A stretch of DNA of 63,850 nt, the filler included, from Trichomonas gallinae (taxonomy: Eukaryota), in NCBI GenBank assembly GCA_008369845.1. It is 4 parts of 4 records of this genome, joined end to end, with 100 filler letters (N's around TTAATTAATTAA, not from the genome) between each part and the next. Parts side by side here need not be neighbours in the genome. Positions count along the whole stretch, not along the records: positions 61,973 to 63,850 come from MRSU01000091.1; 3 more parts are not named here. One strand, written 5' to 3'. Below, piece after piece: positions 63,235 to 63,850 of the stretch. Each line of letters begins with the position of its first letter. Position 1 is the stretch's first letter. The notes beneath the pieces were generated by a model. The model saw nothing but the letters and a program-made list of their open reading frames with translations. It had not been told where the DNA came from and ran no database searches. The translations under genes were made by a program, and so were the position numbers.

Positions 63235-63850
63235 TGGAAAAAAAAAAAATTAATGAAGATCAATTGTGAAAGTTTTCAATATTTGAAAAGTTAAAAAAAG
63301 TTAGTTTGTGAGGATTATAATTATATTAAGTTAAAAAACAAGATATTTATATAATTCGATATAAAATTTTCGATTTTATTTGGTTGTTGATTATTTGATT
63401 CTATAAATATTGGATTTATAATTAAATAGTAAATGTCGTATAAATTTAAATTGAGAGATTCAGAACTTATCAAAAAAATCATGGGTCAATATAAGCACAA
63501 TTTGATTTATAAATAGATACGGTGATAATGGAGAAACCTTTGAAAACTCAACGGCCAATTCAAATTGTTTTAATATGGCGAATCAATATTATCTATCGTA
63601 GTTGAAGAATTTAAATCAAAGGAAATGAAATTTTAGAAGACAAAAATAAATCATTGTGAAAGCAGAAGAATTTGAATGACCTTTATTAAACATCATAAAT
63701 GTTTCCAAGTTTTCGATATCATTATGTTACACTTTTGATAAAGTTATTAGTAATGATATATGACAATTACTACCGTACGTTTCCAATTTTTTCCCAAATT
63801 TTTTTGGTACCCAAAAATACGTATTTTGTTAATTTCTCGATGAATATAGA

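Noticed and set aside
1..63850. Spliceosomal introns, rRNA, intact tRNA or snRNA genes, Maverick or transposase ORFs
   Set aside because: I saw no ACTAACACACAG-type intron 3' motif, recognisable structured RNA gene or transposase/integrase/PolB ORF by eye; a covariance-model scan would be needed to exclude RNAs.

Overview
AT-rich, gene-dense, intron-free eukaryotic DNA with the hallmarks of a trichomonad (Trichomonas-like parabasalid): TCA(T/C)TT initiator elements just upstream of ATGs, stop codons often embedded in TAAA, and Myb, HMG, TBC, Pmp-like and AEC families. Three artificial 100-nt spacers (44 N + TTAATTAATTAA + 44 N at 26174, 58248, 61873) split it into four pieces whose adjacency is not evidence of linkage. 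About 28 CDSs are supported. Recognisable ones include a class-3 lipase, RPGRIP1L-like, DNAAF1, an AEC transporter, DDB1-like, Cdc14, LRRC51-like, SmG, Efm7-like, AP-4 epsilon, a divergent CCT6, B9D1, Myb, HMG-box, UGGT, a TBC RabGAP, an aldo-keto reductase and Pmp-like proteins, plus several pseudogene relics. The strongest unexplained signal is an intergenic 11-bp motif, TG(A/T/C)CA(T/C)(G/A)TAAA, found in about 15 intergenic regions, mostly as arrays spaced about 20 or 30 bp apart (helically phased); it is a candidate undescribed cis-regulatory system. Also notable: a 111-bp MITE with TIRs and an 8-bp TSD proven by an adjacent empty site, a Helitron-like 3' end, a CCT6 with a degenerate GDGTT P-loop, and an RxxSP-repeat prion-like protein. 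All protein family calls are from recognition of motifs by eye, not database searches.
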